A stretch of 64,000 nucleotides of DNA from an uncultured Oscillospiraceae bacterium (GTDB lineage: Bacteria > Bacillota > Clostridia > Oscillospirales > Ruminococcaceae). The notes under the pieces were generated by a model. The model did no database searches. It saw only the letters and a program-made list of their open reading frames with translations, and was not told the DNA's origin. The stretch lies in contig CASFKY010000043.1 in NCBI GenBank assembly GCA_949295465.1, forward strand, positions 80 to 64,079. The letters run 5' to 3'. Below are positions 48,881 to 59,290 of the stretch, piece by piece (within the stretch, counting starts at the first letter, position 1; every line of letters begins with the position of its first letter). The position numbers were made by a program, and so were the translations under genes.

Positions 48881-49981
48881 ATGGGTGAACAAGAGATCCG
48901 GGTCAGCGCGGTGGTGGTGGCGGCGGGTTCCTCCCGGCGGATGGGCTTTGACAAGCTTGGCTACCTCTGGCAGGGCAAGCCGGTACTGGCCCGCAGCCTG
49001 GAGGCCTTTGACCGGCACCCCCTGGTGGAGGAGATCGTCCTGGTCACCGGCCAGGACCAGACCCTGGCCTTGCGGCTGGCCGCCGGCTGCCAAAAGCCGG
49101 TGCGGCTGGTGCGGGGCGGGGACACCCGGGCCCGCAGCGTCCTGAACGGGGTGCAGGCGGCCCGGGGCCGGTGGGTGGCCATCCACGACGGGGCCCGTCC
49201 CTTTGTGAGCGGGGAGGTGATCCGCCAGGCCCTGGAGGGAGCCTTCCAGTGGGGGGCGGCGGCCCCGGCGGTGCCGGTGAAGGACACCATCAAGCAGGCC
49301 AGTGAGGGCCAGGTGGTCTCCACCCCGCCCCGCAGCACCCTCTTTGCGGTGCAGACCCCCCAGTGCTTTGAGCGGGAGACCTACCTGCGGCTGGCCGGCC
49401 AGGCAGGGGAGGCCGACCTCACCGACGACTGCCAGCTCTTTGAGCGGGCGGGGCTGCCGGTGATGCTCACCCCCGGGGACTACGCCAATTTCAAGATCAC
49501 CACGCCGGAAGATCTGAGGGAGGAAAGTCAGATGCGCATTGGTCACGGCTACGACGTACACAAGTTGGTGGAGGGCAGGCCCCTCATCCTGGGCGGGGTG
49601 AACATCCCCTACGAAAAAGGGCTGCTGGGCCACTCGGACGCGGACGTGCTCACTCACGCGGTGATGGACGCTCTGCTGGGGGCGGCGGCGCTGGGGGACA
49701 TCGGCCGGCACTTCCCGGACAGTGACCCCGCCTACAAGGGCGCCGACAGCCTGGAGCTGCTGGCCCAGGAGGGCTGGAAGCTGGCCAACCTGGACGCCAC
49801 CCTCCTATGCCAGGCCCCCAAGCTGGCCCCTCACATCGGACAGATGCGCCTCAACATCGCCCGTCAGCTGGGGGTAGAGGCCGGCCAGGTAAGCGTCAAG
49901 GCCACCACCGAGGAGGGCCTGGGCTTTACCGGCCAGGGCCAGGGCATCGCCGCCCACGCGGTGGCCCTGCTCACCCGGTGA
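48881..49981 (+). CDS. ispDF: Bifunctional IspD/IspF
   Basis: [16 protein letters not shown] and VQTPQ motifs fused in frame to [16 protein letters not shown] and KATTEE. Confidence 0.93.
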   Translation: MGEQEIRVSAVVVAAGSSRRMGFDKLGYLWQGKPVLARSLEAFDRHPLVEEIVLVTGQDQTLALRLAAGCQKPVRLVRGGDTRARSVLNGVQAARGRWVAIHDGARPFVSGEVIRQALEGAFQWGAAAPAVPVKDTIKQASEGQVVSTPPRSTLFAVQTPQCFERETYLRLAGQAGEADLTDDCQLFERAGLPVMLTPGDYANFKITTPEDLREESQMRIGHGYDVHKLVEGRPLILGGVNIPYEKGLLGHSDADVLTHAVMDALLGAAALGDIGRHFPDSDPAYKGADSLELLAQEGWKLANLDATLLCQAPKLAPHIGQMRLNIARQLGVEAGQVSVKATTEEGLGFTGQGQGIAAHAVALLTR

Positions 49982-50219
49982 CGCCGCCGGCAAAAGTGTG
50001 CTTTTTCCCGGCGGGACGCCCTTTTCGGGGGGCGCCCCGCTTTTTGCTGCCCCGGCACACCCGGCTGCGGGGGAAAGGAAAGATTCCTCGGCACAAACAT
50101 TTTCTTTTGCAGAGAAATGTGGTATAATTTTTGCTGTAAATGCCGATTTTCCGGGCGCCGTGCCGGGCGGGCCAGGTCCTGTCCCGGGCGCTGCCGGGCA
50201 AAAAGGAGGAGGGTGCTTT

Positions 50220-51098
50220 TTGGATAAACTGGGCGAGACCTTCGGCGATGTGATCTTCAACTTCAAATCCATAACGCCTTCCGACGTGCTGGATATCATC
50301 ATTGTGGCCTTTGTGGTGTACGAGGTCATTGTGTTCGTGCGCAAGACCCGTGCCGGGCAGATCGCCCAGGGCGCGCTGTTTTTGCTGTTCACCTACGGCT
50401 TTGCCAGCTATTTTGATCTGCGCACCGTCACCTGGATTCTGGACAACATCCTCCAGCTGGGCTTTCTGGCCATGGTGGTCATGTTCCAGCCCGAGCTGCG
50501 CCGGGCGCTGGAAAAGTTGGGCCGCACCGATGTGTGGGTGTCCAGCCTGTTCCGGCTCCAGCGCACCGACCCCTCCCTGCGGGCCCAGTGGAAAAAGGCG
50601 GCGGTGGCCATCTGCGACGCGGCCGAGCAGCTCAGCGACACCCACACCGGCGCCCTCATCGTGCTGGAGCGGCGGGTGAATCTGTCGGAGATCATCCGCA
50701 CCGGCACCCCCCTCAACGCCGATGTGAACTGTGAGATGCTGGGCACCATCTTTTATGAGGGCACCCCCCTTCACGACGGCGCCGTGGTGGTGCGGGACGG
50801 CATGCTCAAGGCGGCGGGATGCCTGCTGCCCCTCTCCAACAACCTGGAGATCGGCAAGGATATGGGCACACGGCACCGGGCTGCCCTGGGTATGAGCGAA
50901 AACTCCGACGCGGTGATCGTGGTGGTCAGCGAGGAGACCGGCATCATCTCCCTGGCCAAGAACGGGGTGCTCATCCGCCGGCTGGACCGCCAGAGTCTGT
51001 ACAACCTGCTGGAAGAGGACATCGCCCCCTCCGAGCCGGAAAAAAATGCCCAAAGCCGTTTCTTCGGCAGGAGAAAAGCCAATGAAAAGAAAGCGTAA
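50220..51098 (+). CDS. cdaA: Diadenylate cyclase CdaA (DacA)
   Basis: Three TM helices; FQPELRRALE, PLHDGA, GTRHRAA and VSEETG motifs; extended -10 TGgTATAAT at 50120-50128. Confidence 0.95.
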   Translation: MDKLGETFGDVIFNFKSITPSDVLDIIIVAFVVYEVIVFVRKTRAGQIAQGALFLLFTYGFASYFDLRTVTWILDNILQLGFLAMVVMFQPELRRALEKLGRTDVWVSSLFRLQRTDPSLRAQWKKAAVAICDAAEQLSDTHTGALIVLERRVNLSEIIRTGTPLNADVNCEMLGTIFYEGTPLHDGAVVVRDGMLKAAGCLLPLSNNLEIGKDMGTRHRAALGMSENSDAVIVVVSEETGIISLAKNGVLIRRLDRQSLYNLLEEDIAPSEPEKNAQSRFFGRRKANEKKA

Positions 51099-52353
51099 GA
51101 TCTCGGCCCTGCTGGATGACCCCCGCATTCTGGGGGTGGTCTCGCTGATCATTGCCGTCTTCATCTGGTCGGTGGTCACCCTCTTCATCCGGCCGGACAC
51201 CGATATCCCCATCCAGAACGTGCAGGTGAATTTCGACTACGATTCGGCCAAATACACCTCCCTGGGGCTGGACATCATCAACGAGCCCACCGCCACCGTG
51301 AACCTGCGGGCCTCGGGGGACGGCTCGGTGCTGGGAACCCTCAGCTCCAGCGACTATGTGGTCTACCCGGACTACACCGCCGTCAAGGCGGCGGGGGAGG
51401 CCACCCTCAACCTGGTGGTGAAGATCACCAACTCCCAGCTGGAAAACCGCATCACCCTGGGCCTTGCCCCCGGCGAAAACACCACGGTGGACGTGGTGTT
51501 TGACACGGTGGAAACCAAGGACATCCCGGTGACGGTGGAAGCCAACGACCTGAAGATGGCCGACGGCTATGCCCTCAACAAGACCAGCAGCTCGCCCTCC
51601 TCGGTCACCGTCTCCGGCCCCACCAGCGAGATCGACCAGATCGATAAGATCGTGGCCTCGGTGGAGGTGGAAGGGGAGATCAGCAGCAGCGAGAGCATCC
51701 CGGTGCAGCTGTCGGTGCAGGACAAGGACGGGATGGAAGTCCCCCTCAAGTACACCACCCTCTCCAGCCAGAACGCCGAGGTACAGCTCACAGTGCACCA
51801 GCTGGCCGAGCTGCCCCTGACGGTGGAGTTCATCAACACCCCGCCCGGCTTTGACATCTCCTCGCTGCCCTACGCCCTCTCCCGGGATACCCTGGAGGTC
51901 TCGGGCCCGGCCAGCGTCATCTCCAATCTCACCCAGCTGTCGGTGGGCTACTTTGATCTGTCCACCTTTGCCATGGATAAGGACTATCAGCTCAACGTCA
52001 ACCTGCCCAGCGGCATCGTCAGCCAGGAGAACCTCACCTCGGTCACCCTCAGCTTCGACTCCTCGGGGCTGGCCGAAAAGACCCTGAACGTGAGCAACAT
52101 CCGGGCCATCAACGTGCCCGTCAACTACCAAATCAACGTGCGCAGCCGCAGCATCAGCAATGTGACCCTGGTGGGCCCCAAGGAGGAGATTGAGAATCTC
52201 TCCGCCTCCAGCGTGGTGGCCCAGATCGACGCCGAGGACATCCAGGTGGCGGTGGGCCAGCAGACGGTGGCGGTGCAGGTCTATGTGCCCTCCTCCACCT
52301 ACATCTTCGCCACCGGCTCCTACACGGTGCAGTGCGACATCACTTCCAACTGA
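51082..52353 (+). CDS. cdaR: CdaR / YbbR-domain protein
   Basis: Single TM followed by repeated VTVSGP-type YbbR domains; overlaps cdaA. Confidence 0.88.
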   Translation: MKRKRKISALLDDPRILGVVSLIIAVFIWSVVTLFIRPDTDIPIQNVQVNFDYDSAKYTSLGLDIINEPTATVNLRASGDGSVLGTLSSSDYVVYPDYTAVKAAGEATLNLVVKITNSQLENRITLGLAPGENTTVDVVFDTVETKDIPVTVEANDLKMADGYALNKTSSSPSSVTVSGPTSEIDQIDKIVASVEVEGEISSSESIPVQLSVQDKDGMEVPLKYTTLSSQNAEVQLTVHQLAELPLTVEFINTPPGFDISSLPYALSRDTLEVSGPASVISNLTQLSVGYFDLSTFAMDKDYQLNVNLPSGIVSQENLTSVTLSFDSSGLAEKTLNVSNIRAINVPVNYQINVRSRSISNVTLVGPKEEIENLSASSVVAQIDAEDIQVAVGQQTVAVQVYVPSSTYIFATGSYTVQCDITSN

Positions 52354-52364
52354 AAAGGACGTCT

Positions 52365-53954
52365 ATGATTTTTGTTCGTGATATCCGCCTCCCGCTGTCT
52401 GCCCCCCAGGGGCAGGCGGTGGAGGCCGCCCTCCGATTGCTCCGTCTCTCCCGCCTCCAGGTGGAAGGGGCGGACGTTTCCAAAATCTCGGTGGATGCCC
52501 GGCACGGTCGTCCCCGGCTGGTCTATACGGTGGCGGTAACGCTGAAAGATAAGGGTGCAGAATCGGCCTTCGCCGGGTCTGCGCCCTGCGTTGCTATAAT
52601 CCGACAAAAGCCGCTGGAGTTGCTGCGGGGCACCGAAAAGCTGGCCCACCGGCCGGTGGTCTGCGGCCTCGGGCCGGCAGGGCTCTTTGCGGCCCTGCTG
52701 CTGGCCCGCCAGGGCCTGCGTCCCCTGGTGCTGGAGCGGGGCCCCCGGCTGGAAAAGCGGGTGGAGGCGGTGGAGAGCTTCTGCAAAGGGGGCCAGCTGG
52801 ACCCGGAGGGCAACATCCAGTTCGGGGAGGGGGGCGCCGGCACCTTCTCGGACGGCAAACTCACCACCCGCATCGGGGATGATCTGTGTGGTTTTGTCAC
52901 CCGCACCCTGCTGGAACACGGCGCCCCCGCCGACATCGCGGTGCGCCAGAAGCCCCATGTGGGAACCGACAAACTGCGGGATGTGATCCGCTCCATCCGC
53001 CGAGAGATCGAGGCCCTGGGGGGCGAGGTGCTCTTTGAAACCCGCCTCACCGGCTTCATCCGGCGGGAGGGGCGGCTGTGCGGGGTGCAGACCAGCCGGG
53101 GCCAGATCCCCTGTGAGGCGCTGGTGCTGGCGGTGGGCCACTCGGCCCGGGATACCTTTGAGATGCTGATGGAGGAGGGCCTCACCCTCACCTGCAAGCC
53201 CTTTTCGGTGGGGGTGCGGGCCGAACACCTGCAATCCGCCATTGAGGAGGGGCTCTACCACGAGGCGGCGGGCCATCCGGCCCTGCCCCGGGGAGAATAT
53301 CAGCTCAGCCGGCATTACGGCGAGCGGTGTGTCTATACTTTCTGCATGTGTCCGGGGGGCCAGGTGGTGCCCGCCGCCAGCGAAGAGGGAGGCGTGGTCA
53401 CCAACGGCATGAGCTACCATGCCCGGGATGGCGCCAACGCCAACGCGGCGGTGGTGGTGAGCGTGGATGGCCGGGATTTCGGCCAGGACCCCCGCCGGGC
53501 CATCGCCTTCCAGCGCCGGCTGGAGCAGGCGGCCTTCCAGGCCGGCGGCGGGGATTACTCCGCCCCTGCTGAGACTCTGGGCAGCTTCTGGGAGAACCGG
53601 GGCCGGCTGGAACTGGGCCGGGTGCAGCCCACCTATGCCCGGGGGGTGCGCCCCTGGCGGGTGGGGGAGCTGTTCCCCGAGGAACTGGCCGGCCTGCTGC
53701 GCCGGGGCTTTGCGGATTTTGACCGCTGCCTACCCGGCTACGGCGCAAAGGACACGGTGCTCACCGGGGTGGAGACCCGCACCTCCAGCCCGGTGCGGCT
53801 GGAGCGGAACGAGAGCTTTGTTTGCCGCCAGTTGGAGGGGCTCTACCCCTGCGGCGAGGGGGCGGGCTACGCGGGCGGCATTGTGAGCGCCGCGGTGGAC
53901 GGGCTGCGGGTGGCCCGGGCCATCCTGGAAAAATACGGGGAGATTTCCCCCTGA
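52365..53954 (+). CDS. NAD(P)/FAD-dependent oxidoreductase (uncharacterised conserved family)
   Basis: GLGPAG, GEGGAGTFSDGKL, TFCMCPGG, ETRTSSP and GEGAGYAGGI motifs. Confidence 0.9.
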   Translation: MIFVRDIRLPLSAPQGQAVEAALRLLRLSRLQVEGADVSKISVDARHGRPRLVYTVAVTLKDKGAESAFAGSAPCVAIIRQKPLELLRGTEKLAHRPVVCGLGPAGLFAALLLARQGLRPLVLERGPRLEKRVEAVESFCKGGQLDPEGNIQFGEGGAGTFSDGKLTTRIGDDLCGFVTRTLLEHGAPADIAVRQKPHVGTDKLRDVIRSIRREIEALGGEVLFETRLTGFIRREGRLCGVQTSRGQIPCEALVLAVGHSARDTFEMLMEEGLTLTCKPFSVGVRAEHLQSAIEEGLYHEAAGHPALPRGEYQLSRHYGERCVYTFCMCPGGQVVPAASEEGGVVTNGMSYHARDGANANAAVVVSVDGRDFGQDPRRAIAFQRRLEQAAFQAGGGDYSAPAETLGSFWENRGRLELGRVQPTYARGVRPWRVGELFPEELAGLLRRGFADFDRCLPGYGAKDTVLTGVETRTSSPVRLERNESFVCRQLEGLYPCGEGAGYAGGIVSAAVDGLRVARAILEKYGEISP

Positions 53955-53999
53955 TGGAGTGCGCCCCCGGGGCGCACAGGGAACGGGAAAGGTTTTTGC

Positions 54000-56036
54000 A
54001 TGGAATATCGCAGTTGGAAAATCCGAGAGCCAAATCAGGAGACGGCCCGCCTGCTTGAAACTCAGGTAGGGCTGCCCCCCCTCATGGCCCGTCTGCTGGC
54101 GGCCCGGGGGGTGCGCAGCGGGGCCGAGGCCAATGAGATGCTCTTGGAAAACACTCCCCTCAGCGACCCATTTCTGCTGAAGGATATGGACAGGGCGGTG
54201 GCCCGAATCCTGAAGGCGGTGGACGAGGGGGAGGCCATCCTGATTTTTGGGGATTATGACGTGGACGGGGTCACCGCCACGGCCCTCCTGGCCGACCACC
54301 TGCGGGGGATGGGCGCCAATGTGAAGTGCATGCTGCCCAGCCGGGAGGGGGAGGGCTACGGCCTGTCGGAAAAGGCGGTGCGCACCGCCGCCGAGAAGGG
54401 CTTTTCCCTCATCATCACGGTGGACAACGGCATCTCGGCTCTGGCCGAGGCCGAACTTGCCGCCCAGTTGGGGGTGGACCTGGTCATCACCGACCACCAT
54501 CTGCCCCCCCGGGAGTTGCCCAGGGCGGTGGCGGTGGTGGACCCTATGCGGGCCGACGACCAGAGCCCCTGCAAGAGCCTGTGCGGGGCGGGGGTGGCCT
54601 ACAAGCTCTGCGCCGCCCTGGACGGGTGCGACCCCTCCGAATTGCTGGAATTCTGCGGGGATCTGGCCTCCATCGGCACCATTGCGGACGTGATGGACCT
54701 GCGGGGCGAAAACCGCACCCTGGTGCGGTGGGGGGTGCACAGCCTTCAAAACCCGGACCGCCCCGGCCTGCGGGCCCTCATCCAGGCCGCCGGCCTGGGG
54801 GAGAAGGAGATCCGGGCCGAAAATGTCAGCTATATCCTGGCCCCCCGGCTCAACGCGGCGGGGCGGATGGGCAAGGCCTCCACGGCCCTGAGCCTGCTTT
54901 TGTGTGAGGACTACGACCGGGCCCAGGCCCTGGCCGAGGAGCTCTGCCGCAGCAACCAGGCCCGCCAGGAGGAGGAGAGCCGCATCCTGGCCCAGGTGCG
55001 CCGTCAGCTGGAAGAGGACCCCCAGCGTTTGCAGGACCGGGTGTTGGTGGTGTGGGGGGAGGACTACCACCCCGGCGTCATCGGCATCGTGGCCAGCCGC
55101 CTGGTGGAGCAGTACGGCCGGCCCGCCCTGGTGCTCTCGGTGCAGGGGGAGGAGGCCCGGGGTTCCGGGCGCAGTGTGGAGGGGATGAACCTCCACGACG
55201 CCCTGGCCGGGTGCAGCGACTTGCTGGTGCGGTACGGGGGCCACGCCATGGCGGCGGGCCTCACCCTGCGGCGGGAAAACCTGGAGCCCTTGCGTCAAAA
55301 GCTCAACCAGTGGGCCCGGCAGAACTGCCCGGTGCCCAAACTGGCCCCTCTTGTGCTGGACCTGGAGGTCCAGCTGAGTGAACTGGATATGGAAAGCGTC
55401 CTCGCCCTCCACGCCCTGGAGCCCTACGGCCAGGGCAACCCCACGCCCCTCTTCCTGGCCCGGAACCTGGAGGTGACGGGGGTCTATCCGGCAGGGGAGA
55501 AGCACTCCCGCCTGCGCCTGGCCCAAGGCGGCCACAGCCTCTATGCGGCCCTGTTTGGTGTGCGGCCCGAGCAGCTGCCCTACCAGCCGGGAGACCGGGT
55601 GGACGCGGCCCTCACGGTAGAGGTGTTCCAGGGGCGCAACGGCCCCCTGCTCTCGGGCCGTCTCAAGGCCCTGCGCCCCGCCGGCCAGAGCGACGAGGTG
55701 GCCCGGCAGGCGGCGCTTTTCCGGGCGCTGGAAAGTCAAGCGCCCCTTACTGAGGAGGAAAAAACGCTGCTGCGCCCCGATCGGTCGGACGTGGCGGCGG
55801 TGTACCGGGAGGTCCGAGCCGGCGGTGTGTCCGCCCAGGACCTGCAGCCCCTCTTTGCCCGGCTGGGCGAGGGGCGCACCGGCAAAATTCTTGCGGGCCT
55901 GTGCGCTCTGCGGCAGCTGGATCTGGTAGAGCTGCCCAAGGGCGATCAGGCGCCGGTGTACAGGGCGGTGCGCACCACCCAGAAAAAGGACCTGGCCAGC
56001 GCACCCATCCTGCACAGTTTGGAGGTATCGAGATGA
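54000..56036 (+). CDS. recJ: ssDNA exonuclease RecJ
   Basis: GDYDVDG, ITVDNG, TDHH, PRLNAAGR and GGHAMAAG motifs. Confidence 0.96.
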   Translation: MEYRSWKIREPNQETARLLETQVGLPPLMARLLAARGVRSGAEANEMLLENTPLSDPFLLKDMDRAVARILKAVDEGEAILIFGDYDVDGVTATALLADHLRGMGANVKCMLPSREGEGYGLSEKAVRTAAEKGFSLIITVDNGISALAEAELAAQLGVDLVITDHHLPPRELPRAVAVVDPMRADDQSPCKSLCGAGVAYKLCAALDGCDPSELLEFCGDLASIGTIADVMDLRGENRTLVRWGVHSLQNPDRPGLRALIQAAGLGEKEIRAENVSYILAPRLNAAGRMGKASTALSLLLCEDYDRAQALAEELCRSNQARQEEESRILAQVRRQLEEDPQRLQDRVLVVWGEDYHPGVIGIVASRLVEQYGRPALVLSVQGEEARGSGRSVEGMNLHDALAGCSDLLVRYGGHAMAAGLTLRRENLEPLRQKLNQWARQNCPVPKLAPLVLDLEVQLSELDMESVLALHALEPYGQGNPTPLFLARNLEVTGVYPAGEKHSRLRLAQGGHSLYAALFGVRPEQLPYQPGDRVDAALTVEVFQGRNGPLLSGRLKALRPAGQSDEVARQAALFRALESQAPLTEEEKTLLRPDRSDVAAVYREVRAGGVSAQDLQPLFARLGEGRTGKILAGLCALRQLDLVELPKGDQAPVYRAVRTTQKKDLASAPILHSLEVSR

Positions 56037-58201
56037 GTCCCACCTATATGACATTTGACGACCTGAAAAAGGCACTGGAAGAGTCGGGCCGCGGCTACAA
56101 CATGGAGAACATCACCAAGGCCTATGAGCTGGCCAACACCGCCCACGCCGACCAGAAGCGCCGCAGCGGCGAGCCCTATATCAGCCATCCCCTCAATGTG
56201 GCAAAGCTCCTGGTGGAGCTGGGCATGGATTCGGAGAGCGTGGAGGCGGGGCTGCTCCACGATGTGGTGGAGGACACCGCCGTGGACCTGCCCACCATCG
56301 AGAGCAAGTTCGGCACCGGGGTGATGCACCTGGTGGACGGGGTCACCAAGCTCACCAAAATGCAGTTCTCCTCGGTGGAGGAGCAGCGGGCCGAGAGCAT
56401 CCGCAAGATGCTGCTGGCCATGAGCCAGGATGTGCGGGTCATGATCATCAAGCTCTGCGACCGGCTGCACAACATGCGCACCGGGGACGCCTGGCCCGAG
56501 CAGAAGCGGCGGGACAAGGCCCTGGAGACCATGGAGGTCTACGCCCCCATCGCTCACCGGCTGGGCATCAGCAACATCAAGGAGGAGCTGGAGGATCGGA
56601 GCCTCCAGTTCCTGGACCCGGTGGGCTATGCGGAGATCCGCAACCTGCTGGACCAGAAAAACGGCGAGGAGTTCCTCAAGAATATCTCGGCGGTCATCCA
56701 GAAGCACCTGGAAGAAAACGGCATCCACGACGCCCACATGAAGAGCCGGGTCAAGAGCGTCTACGGCATCTACCGCAAGACCTATGTGCAGAACCGCTCC
56801 TTCGATGAGATTTACGACATCTATGCGGTGCGCATCATCCTGGACACGGTGGCCGAGTGCTACAACGCCCTGGGCGTCATCCACGACATGTTCCACCCCA
56901 TCCCCAATCGGTTCAAGGACTATATCTCCACCCCAAAACCCAACATGTACCAGTCCCTGCACACCACCGTCATCGGTCACGAGGGCATCCCCTTCGAGGT
57001 GCAGATCCGCACCAAAGAGATGGACCAGATGGCCGAGTACGGCGTGGCCGCCCACTGGAAGTACAAGGAGGGCATCCAGGGCAAGACTCCCCTGGAGGAG
57101 CGGCTGGCCTGGGTGCGCCAATTGCTGGAAAGCCAGCGGGACAGCACCGACGCGGGCGATCTTTTGCGGGACATCAAGAGCGATCTTCTGCCCGAGGAGG
57201 TCTTTGCCTTCACCCCCAAGGGGGACGTGATCACCCTGCCTGCCGGGGCCAATGTCATCGACTTTGCCTATGCCATCCATTCGGCGGTGGGCAATCGGAT
57301 GGTGGGCGCCAAGGTCAACAGCCACATCGTGCCCATCGACCACAAGGTGGTCACCGGCGAGATCATCGAGATCATCACCGGCCCCGCCGACAAGGGCCCC
57401 AGCCGGGACTGGCTCAAGATGGTGGCCACCAGCCAGGCCAAGAACAAGATCCGCACCTGGTTCAAAAAAGAGCGCAGGGAAGAAAATATCCAGCAGGGCA
57501 AGGAAGCCTTTGAGCGGGAGATGCGCCGCAACTTCATCAACCTGCCCCCCGAAAAGGTGGAGAGTTTCGCCGCCGAGCTGGCCCGGCGCAACCGCATGAA
57601 CAGCCCCGAGGAGATGTACGCCGCCATCGGCTACGGCGGGCTGCAAATGAGCCGGGTCACCGCCAAGATGAAGGAGGAGTACGCCAAGCTCCAGGCCGCC
57701 GAGCCCAAGCCCGTCACCCTGGAGGACGTGCCGGTCAAACGCCACCACAGCAGCGAGGGCGTCATTGTGGAGGGCATCGACAACTGCCCCATCAAGTTCG
57801 CCAAGTGCTGTTCGCCTCTGCCGGGGGACGAGATCATCGGCTTCATCACCCGGGGCTTCGGCGTCTCCATCCACAAGCGGGACTGCACCAACGTGCAGGC
57901 CAGCATGAAGGACCCGGAGAACGCCAAGCGGTGGGTGAAGGCCAGCTGGGAGGACAGCGTCCAGGAGCAGTTCAACGCCTCCCTGGAAATTACCGCCCTC
58001 AACCGGGACGGCCTGTTGGGAGACATCACCGCCGCCTTTTCGGATATGCGGGTGCCCATCTATGCCATGAACGCCCGCCAGGTGGAGAACCACAAGGCGG
58101 TGATGAACATCACCTTCGGCACCGCCAACACCGAGCACCTGAACAACGTCATCGCCCGGCTGCGCCGCATCCGGGACGTGATCAGCGTGGTGCGCAACTG
58201 A
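56033..58201 (+). CDS. relA: Bifunctional (p)ppGpp synthetase/hydrolase Rel
   Basis: HD domain (LLHDVVED), DRLHNMRT, YQSLHT, EVQIRT, TGS, ZFD and ACT domains. Confidence 0.96.
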   Translation: MSPTYMTFDDLKKALEESGRGYNMENITKAYELANTAHADQKRRSGEPYISHPLNVAKLLVELGMDSESVEAGLLHDVVEDTAVDLPTIESKFGTGVMHLVDGVTKLTKMQFSSVEEQRAESIRKMLLAMSQDVRVMIIKLCDRLHNMRTGDAWPEQKRRDKALETMEVYAPIAHRLGISNIKEELEDRSLQFLDPVGYAEIRNLLDQKNGEEFLKNISAVIQKHLEENGIHDAHMKSRVKSVYGIYRKTYVQNRSFDEIYDIYAVRIILDTVAECYNALGVIHDMFHPIPNRFKDYISTPKPNMYQSLHTTVIGHEGIPFEVQIRTKEMDQMAEYGVAAHWKYKEGIQGKTPLEERLAWVRQLLESQRDSTDAGDLLRDIKSDLLPEEVFAFTPKGDVITLPAGANVIDFAYAIHSAVGNRMVGAKVNSHIVPIDHKVVTGEIIEIITGPADKGPSRDWLKMVATSQAKNKIRTWFKKERREENIQQGKEAFEREMRRNFINLPPEKVESFAAELARRNRMNSPEEMYAAIGYGGLQMSRVTAKMKEEYAKLQAAEPKPVTLEDVPVKRHHSSEGVIVEGIDNCPIKFAKCCSPLPGDEIIGFITRGFGVSIHKRDCTNVQASMKDPENAKRWVKASWEDSVQEQFNASLEITALNRDGLLGDITAAFSDMRVPIYAMNARQVENHKAVMNITFGTANTEHLNNVIARLRRIRDVISVVRN

Positions 58202-58211
58202 GGAGGAAACT

Positions 58212-58667
58212 ATGCGAGTGGTCTTGCAGCGGGTGCGCAGCGCCTCCATTTCCATCAACGGCGCCCCGGCCAAAGGCATTGGCCCGGGGCTGGTGCTCCT
58301 GTTTGGGGTGCGGGAGGGCGACACCGCCGATCTTCTGCCCAAGCTGGCCAAAAAATGCGCCAACATGCGCATCTTTTCCGACAGCGAGGGCCGCATGAAC
58401 CTGAGCGCCGTCCAGCTGGGATACTCGGTGCTGGCGGCCAGCAATTTCACTTTGTATTCCAACACCGACAAGGGCATGCGGCCCAGCTTCACCCGGGCGG
58501 CGGGCCCCCAGCTGGCCGAGCCTTTGTGGGAGCAGTTCGCCGCCGAGCTGCAAAAGCAGGGCCTCAAAGAGGTGGTGTTGGGTCAGTTCGGGGCGGATAT
58601 GCAGATCTGTCTGCAAAACGACGGCCCCGTCACCCTGGTGGTGGACACCGACGACTGGGGCCGCTGA
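58212..58667 (+). CDS. dtd: D-aminoacyl-tRNA deacylase
   Basis: MRVVLQRV, SNFTL, RPSF, FGADM and NDGPVT motifs. Confidence 0.95.
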   Translation: MRVVLQRVRSASISINGAPAKGIGPGLVLLFGVREGDTADLLPKLAKKCANMRIFSDSEGRMNLSAVQLGYSVLAASNFTLYSNTDKGMRPSFTRAAGPQLAEPLWEQFAAELQKQGLKEVVLGQFGADMQICLQNDGPVTLVVDTDDWGR

Positions 58668-58690
58668 GCCCCGCCCAAGGAGGAAAAGAG

Positions 58691-59281
58691 ATGAAGACCT
58701 TTCACTTGATGGGCCCCGCGCCCTATTGTACCAACAGCTTTGTGGTGTGCAGCGATGCCGGCAATGCCCTGGCGATCGATCCGGTGGTCTCTGCGGACCA
58801 TTATCAGAAGGCCCTGGACCAGGCCGGCGCCAAGCTGCGCTACATTCTGCTCACCCACGGCCATTTTGACCATGTGGGCGGGCTGAAAGAGCTGAAAAAG
58901 GCCACCGGCGCCCAGGTGGTGGCCGCCAAGGAGGACCTGAAGGGGGACCAGATGTACCCGGTCACCTCGGCGGACCTGTTTCTGGAGGACGGGATGGTCC
59001 TGCGGCTGGACGAACTGGAGTTCCGCTGCTGGCACACCCCGGGCCACACCCCCGGGTCCTACTGCATTCTGTGCGGGGACCTGCTTTTCACCGGCGACAC
59101 CCTCTTTGAGGGCAGCGTGGGCCGCACCGACCTGGAGGGCGGCAGCTACCCGGAACTGGAAAAGAGCCTGGCCCGCCTGCTGAGCCTGCCCATCCCGGAC
59201 GAGGCCCGGGTGCTGCCGGGGCACGGGGAGTTCTCCACCTTCGGATTTGAGAAAAAGACCAACGGTTTCTTGCAGTTTTAA
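58691..59281 (+). CDS. MBL-fold metallo-hydrolase (glyoxalase II-like)
   Basis: THGHFDH, TPGHT, GDTLF and PGHG motifs. Confidence 0.92.
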   Translation: MKTFHLMGPAPYCTNSFVVCSDAGNALAIDPVVSADHYQKALDQAGAKLRYILLTHGHFDHVGGLKELKKATGAQVVAAKEDLKGDQMYPVTSADLFLEDGMVLRLDELEFRCWHTPGHTPGSYCILCGDLLFTGDTLFEGSVGRTDLEGGSYPELEKSLARLLSLPIPDEARVLPGHGEFSTFGFEKKTNGFLQF

Positions 59282-59290
59282 GGAGCAATC

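Noticed and set aside
50130-50200. c-di-AMP (ydaO) riboswitch upstream of cdaA
   Set aside because: Leader is short and lacks the conserved GCUGAAUC and GUCAGCUAAC elements; only a simple GC hairpin
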